64,000 nt of DNA, from positions 38,440,001 through 38,504,000 of the forward strand of contig OZ024751.1 in NCBI GenBank assembly GCA_964016885.1, read 5' to 3'. The position numbers were made by a program, and so were the translations under genes. Below, piece after piece: positions 58,647 through 64,000 of this stretch; the stretch's first letter is position 1; every line of letters starts with the position of its first letter. The stretch comes from Eledone cirrhosa (Eukaryota). The notes under the pieces were generated by a model. The model had not been told where the DNA came from. It did not search any database and worked only from the letters and a program-made list of their open reading frames with translations.

Positions 58647-60354
58647 AAGCACAAGGTGTGTGTATATGTCTGCACGTGTTTCCGTTTCCGTGTTGTAAAA
58701 AATATCGTATATAGGAATATATCTTCTTTTATGTGTGCATGTAAGTCAAAAGTGCTTACCATTTCAACAGGCACGTGTATATCTACAATATATAGAAATG
58801 TACGAAAGAAAAGTGCAGTTACCGAAAAAGAAATGGTAAACTAATGGAAAAAATAACGACCTTTTTTTTATCTTCATGTATTGATATGTCAACATAGTGA
58901 TGGTGTAATGATTGGATGTAAGGAACGATTGTGCCTGGATGAATTATCTAAGGACACATATGTAACCAACACAATCCTCAAATAATTGTATATGAGTGGT
59001 GGGGGAGATGGGCCTTGTATAGAATCGTATGTAACATTAATCAAGAAAGTAAACGAATGAGAAGTAAACGAATGAGAAGTAACCGAATGATTTAGGTTTA
59101 TGCTTTACATATGAGAAAAGACGTTGCTTCGTGGATAGGTGGATATTTGGGTTAGGTATTGCTGTGGTTCTTATGGTTTTGATGTAGTTATCTTTTGTTT
59201 TTGTTCAAGAAAATTGGTACTCTTTTTTATACGATAAGTTGTTGCTTATTAATATATTTTAAATTAAAGTTTAGTTTAAGTGTTAGCTGTTACATTTGTT
59301 CTTGTTAGTTATTAATTAGTTTTCATTTTAAAAGGATTTTGCATACTTCCAGAGATTGGCCGAAGCGCAAAAGTTATTGCAGCCTTAATGGTGTTTAGAG
59401 TCTGAACGTAAGGATCATCCTCCCAAATGAGACGTAAGTTGATCATAGGGGTTAAATTCCAATTCTGTTTGGTGATTATTTTCAACTGCTGGATTAGGGT
59501 TGTGGTGAAGCTACTTACTGAAGGTCATACCACGGCATCTGGTCTCAGTTGTTTTGCGAAAAAGTCAATGCTGCAGTCATTATAAGGATTGAAAATGATG
59601 ATATAATTCTACAAGTCAACAATTTAAACGGACTGAGTGTATTGTTAGTCAGTGTACATCTCGGAGAGGCCCGGTTGGCGTGTATAATAATAATATTATT
59701 AATAGTAATAATATGAGTATGTTAATGGATATTTTCCGAAATGTACTTAATTTTTACTTTAAGACGAGAAACTATTTATATACTTTCTAAACCAGAAATA
59801 ACAAACAAATAACAACAACGACATTAAAGTTAATATTATTAATAGAAATAATCATAACAAAGAAACAGAAATAGTATTATGAGCAATAAAAATAATGATA
59901 AAAATCATAATATAATGAGAATAATAACATCATGTTAATTATGGAGGTTTTTTAAGTGATTTCTTTTTTTTTCTGCCTAAAAGCATGTGAAGAAGTGGAA
60001 TATGATAGTTGAAGCTGTCTCTTTTTAAATGTAGTGGCTGACAGACTTTTTTTCCCTAAGGAAAATAAACCTAAAACTGAATAGTAAATCTAATGTGCAC
60101 AACAAGCAGATTCTTTATTGTTTCTCAAATTGCATAGCTTTTAATTAGTTTTCTTAGTCATCTACTAATTTTCTTCCTGACTAAACATGGCTTTTATTGT
60201 TATTGTTTCAATTGATTTTTGGAGGGGTGCTTTAGCTGTTGTAGTTTTTGATGTTTTTTCTCCCTATTGGCACTATTTACTTTGTTATTGTATCATTATA
60301 TTACGTTTCATATTTTTTCATTCAATCAATTATTATTAAATGTATTATTAGTAC

Positions 60355-60418
<64 letters not shown>

Positions 60419-60901
60419 GGTGCTGCTTCTTTCCTTTTTAATTCTTACGTTTTATTGTCTTAAGCGTCATTATAACCATCCCCTCATCGCATATAAATAT
60501 TATTATTTACGGGGTTTTTTTCTTGTTTCATATGAAACTACTGTTTGACTTTACAGTTAATAATACCTGCTGGGAATTTCAACCAACGAACAAACTATTT
60601 ATTTTACAGTTTATAGCCGACTGAGGTCTTTTACAATCTATTTGCTTTTTCTATTATTTAATCCTTCACTTGTGATTTACTGTACACAATTCTTACAGTC
60701 ACAGCAGTAACTGTAGTACCATACATTTTCATACACTTTTTTGTTTGTTAGTGTATTCTTTATTATACTTTGCCGTTAATGTTTATATTCTCCGTCATAT
60801 GGGTATTGTAATAATTTTATTTTCCTCAATATCGATGCATGCATAATAGTACACTATAATTATATTATTTTTATCTCTTTGAAAAATTGAGTACTGTCTT
60901 T

Positions 60902-61101
<200 letters not shown>

Positions 61102-61186
61102 ACCATATCTATAAACATACGCATACAGGTAGACTTTTATATATATCAAATTCGATTGAACTGATAAATTTATTGCCATTAAGATG

Positions 61187-61255
<69 letters not shown>

Positions 61256-61621
61256 GCAGACATTTGTGTGTGTAGATGGTTGAATACGTTGCTTAAAAAT
61301 TTAATGTGGCTCACAATAGCATTTAGAAAATTAATTTCAGTCGGAAGTAAGTTGTATTTCATTAAGGAAATGTGAAATAAAATTATGAAAACAGTGGATT
61401 GAAATATTTAGCCTACTAAGTGATAAGATATTATGTCTCCCCAACAAACATTAATATAAAAAGTTTGTTGAGAAATAAACATTCATTTAATTTTACATCA
61501 ATATCATGATAATATTCATACATTTCCTTTGCAAGCACACACACACACATATGGAGATATAAAAGACATAGAAGCGAAAAGCAACAAAACAGGGAGTGCG
61601 TTCTGTTATTATTTCTGGCAA

Positions 61622-61703
61622 TATTAATACAACAATATGACAGTATAACAATATATATATATATATTGTTATACTTGGGGATGGTTATATTGTTGTATTA
61701 ATA
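61622..61703. repeat. Imperfect inverted repeat around (TA)n
   Basis: tattaatacaacaatat...agtataacaa / ttgttatact...atattgttgtattaata. Confidence 0.7.
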
Positions 61704-62072
61704 AATAATAACAGAACACACTCACTGTTTTGTGTTTGTGTGTATGTGTGTATGTGTGTATACATTTTTATATATGTGAGTGTGTGTTTGTGTGTACATA
61801 TATGGGTGCATATATATTTGTGTATATGTGTGTGTATGTATTTATGTGTCTGTTCGTATTTCGATGTAGACGCAAATACACTTGTGTGAGAAAGTATACG
61901 TCTACGTACTATTACATATAAGCGCGTGGTAGAGTGTGTGTATGTTTATGTTCTGGATATTTATTTAGATATGTTTCCCCTAAACCTTTTTTGACCATTT
62001 TTTCAGCCTCACTTTCATATTTTCTAAATTTTGTTTTCAAATCCATATTTAATAAAAACACCATGTTATTTA

Positions 62073-62134
62073 TTCATTCTGTCGACTGAAGACAGATATA
62101 AACATCTGCCTTCAAGAAACCACTGGTAAATGAA
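62073..62134 (+). ncRNA. Type I hammerhead-like fold (A6 mutated)
   Basis: TTCATT-CTGtCGA-c-TGAAGaCAGAT(ataaac)ATCTGcCTTCA-a-GAAA-CCAcTGG-TA-AATGAA; (TA)n begins ~33 nt downstream. Confidence 0.7.
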
Positions 62135-62190
62135 ATAATTATCTTATGTTGTTTATTTCATAACTAAATATATATATACTGTATATATAT

Positions 62191-62246
62191 AGTCCAGAAA
62201 TAGCCGTCGAAACGGCTTGAGCTCTGCCGTCGGGGTCTTGAACATT
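62191..62246 (+). mobile_element. Family A single arm in (TA)n
   Basis: agtccagaaatagccgtcgaaacggcttgagctctgccgtcggggtc. Confidence 0.8.
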
Positions 62247-62272
62247 TATATATATATATATACATATATATA

Positions 62273-62335
<63 letters not shown>

Positions 62336-62341
<6 letters not shown>

Positions 62342-62576
62342 GAATATAAAGAAAAGCGAACACAGATATATAGATATATGTGTTCAAATCGTAAGGGACC
62401 TGATTCGCTAAGCTGAATATTTATTTGTAATTGTTTTCTTAATTTTTTCTTAAATTAAGTCAAGCGAACCCAATTGTCTATAGTTCGTATTCTTTTCACC
62501 TTAGCGAATCAGGTTCCTTACGATTTGAACACATATATCTATATAGCTGTGTTCGCTTTTCTTTTATATTCCATTA
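62336..62576. mobile_element. Inverted-repeat element (~77 bp arms, ~87 bp spacer) abutting (TA)n
   Basis: gaaaagcgaacacag...caaatcgtaagggacctgattcgctaag / cttagcgaatcaggttccttacgatttg...ctgtgttcgcttttc. Confidence 0.75.
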
Positions 62577-62658
62577 TAATATACGGCTCAGAAATATCTC
62601 TTTATTAGAGCTATTTTGTTGTAAGAGACTATTTTGAGTTCCTAACTCAGTTTATACA

Positions 62659-62720
<62 letters not shown>

Positions 62721-62724
<4 letters not shown>

Positions 62725-62884
62725 ATAATAATAAATTTGAAGACTAAAATCCAAAGAGAGCTCGATAAGGATAAATATATATTAAATATATAAGAAACGT
62801 AGAGCAAATATTTAGTTAGTTTCAGAAGATCCCGTTAAGGGTGAAAGCAGCCATTCTTTGCTTAAACTTTAATCTGTTATTTTA

Positions 62885-62890
<6 letters not shown>
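62721..62890. mobile_element. TA-inserted family B copy with twin-priming geometry
   Basis: Antisense tail to gagcaaatattta, then sense segment containing the full hammerhead fold up to tttaataaat. Confidence 0.9.
62818..62868 (+). ncRNA. Family B type I hammerhead-like fold (U4A variant)
   Basis: AGTTT-CAGAAGA-t-CCC(gttaa)GGG-t-GAAA-GCA(gccattctt)TGC-TT-AAACT. Confidence 0.6.
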
Positions 62891-62962
<72 letters not shown>

Positions 62963-64000
62963 TATATATATATAATATATATACATATATACATATATAA
63001 TATATATATATATATAAATATATACATATATAATATATATATATATACATATATACATATATAATATATATATAAATATATACATATATAATATATATAT
63101 ATACATATATACATATATAATATATATATATACATATAATATATATATATATACATATATACATATATATATATACATATATACATATATATATATATAA
63201 TAAGTACAATATCGGAGAAAGCTTTTTAGCGATACTCCGGCCAAATTCCAACTCACTCAACAAACATTAGGAAATAAGTGAGTATATTCCTAATTAGGCG
63301 TTCGGGGTGCTAAATAAAAGTATTGCGTGGAAAATTGGCTGTAATATTTCAAGTGAGACCTATCTAATATATCTCTTCCCAGACGGACGTCTCGTTTCAT
63401 TACAGGATTCCTACAATTTGGGTGAAATTATACCAACTTATGTAGGAGCTTGTATACCATCAATAGATATATATTCAAGTGGGCTCCTTTAATTCATCAG
63501 TGGGTGCCCCAATAATACTAATATTGATAATCTACCCAACATCAGCATTTAGCGATAATCACTTTCTGTGCCTCAGGTATCTGTCAGGTTGCCAGTCCAG
63601 CAGTTCTGAAAGAAGTGCTCAAACTGATTAAAAAAATGAGGAAGTGAATTACCGCCAAAAAAATCAATACATGCGCGTGAGAATGAACTCTGAAAGGAAT
63701 TCAGGCCACGTGCTAAGAACTCATTTGGAAATTGAAAAATATCTATGTGTGTACAACATTTGATGACACACACAGATATTTTCTCGGGCAAAATGACAGA
63801 ATGAGATATAAGGAACAATCAATATTCATATATAAAAAATAAACAAAGAGATGCTAACCTTATACCGGGAATTTTTTTCAAATCTGCTGCGCCAAGAGTA
63901 AGTAAATAAATACGATATATATATACAGTTCAAGAGTAACCAATCTTAAAGAGAGAGATGGAGATAGTAGAGGAGATATGAGAGGAAAGATTGGTGAGTT

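Noticed and set aside
59330-59640. Possible decayed Tc1/mariner transposase on the minus strand
   Set aside because: Only faint resemblance (LNTIKAAI); no intact motif
63220-63880. Possible mariner remnant on the minus strand
   Set aside because: Vague N-terminal similarity; no clear DD(D/E) motifs or TIR pair

Overview
Very AT-rich eukaryotic (animal) non-genic or intronic DNA, saturated with (TA)n, (CA)n, (GA)n, (TACA)n and (ATT)n microsatellites. The SINE families and repeat landscape look like an octopus/cephalopod genome (inference). No host protein-coding gene can be supported, and nearly all ORFs in the track are microsatellite artefacts. Recognisable content: (1) a young, 5'-truncated R4/Dong-type non-LTR retrotransposon (RT + CCHC + restriction-like endonuclease) in an (ATT)n tract, with a twin-priming 5' inversion; (2) decayed 3' fragments of RTE, Rex3/Expander-like RTE, CRE-like and a second RLE-type LINE; (3) many tRNA-derived SINEs; (4) most notably, at least eight unrelated short non-coding elements carrying type I hammerhead-ribozyme folds or half-folds, nearly all ending in or embedded in (TA)n tracts and often arranged as palindromes. 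Two of these are multicopy families (about 7 and 6 copies) whose inversion junctions differ between copies while their ends are fixed. This suggests short ribozyme-bearing RNAs (Penelope-like pseudo-LTR or retrozyme-type) being inserted into TA microsatellites by a double-priming mechanism. All folds and alignments were done by eye.
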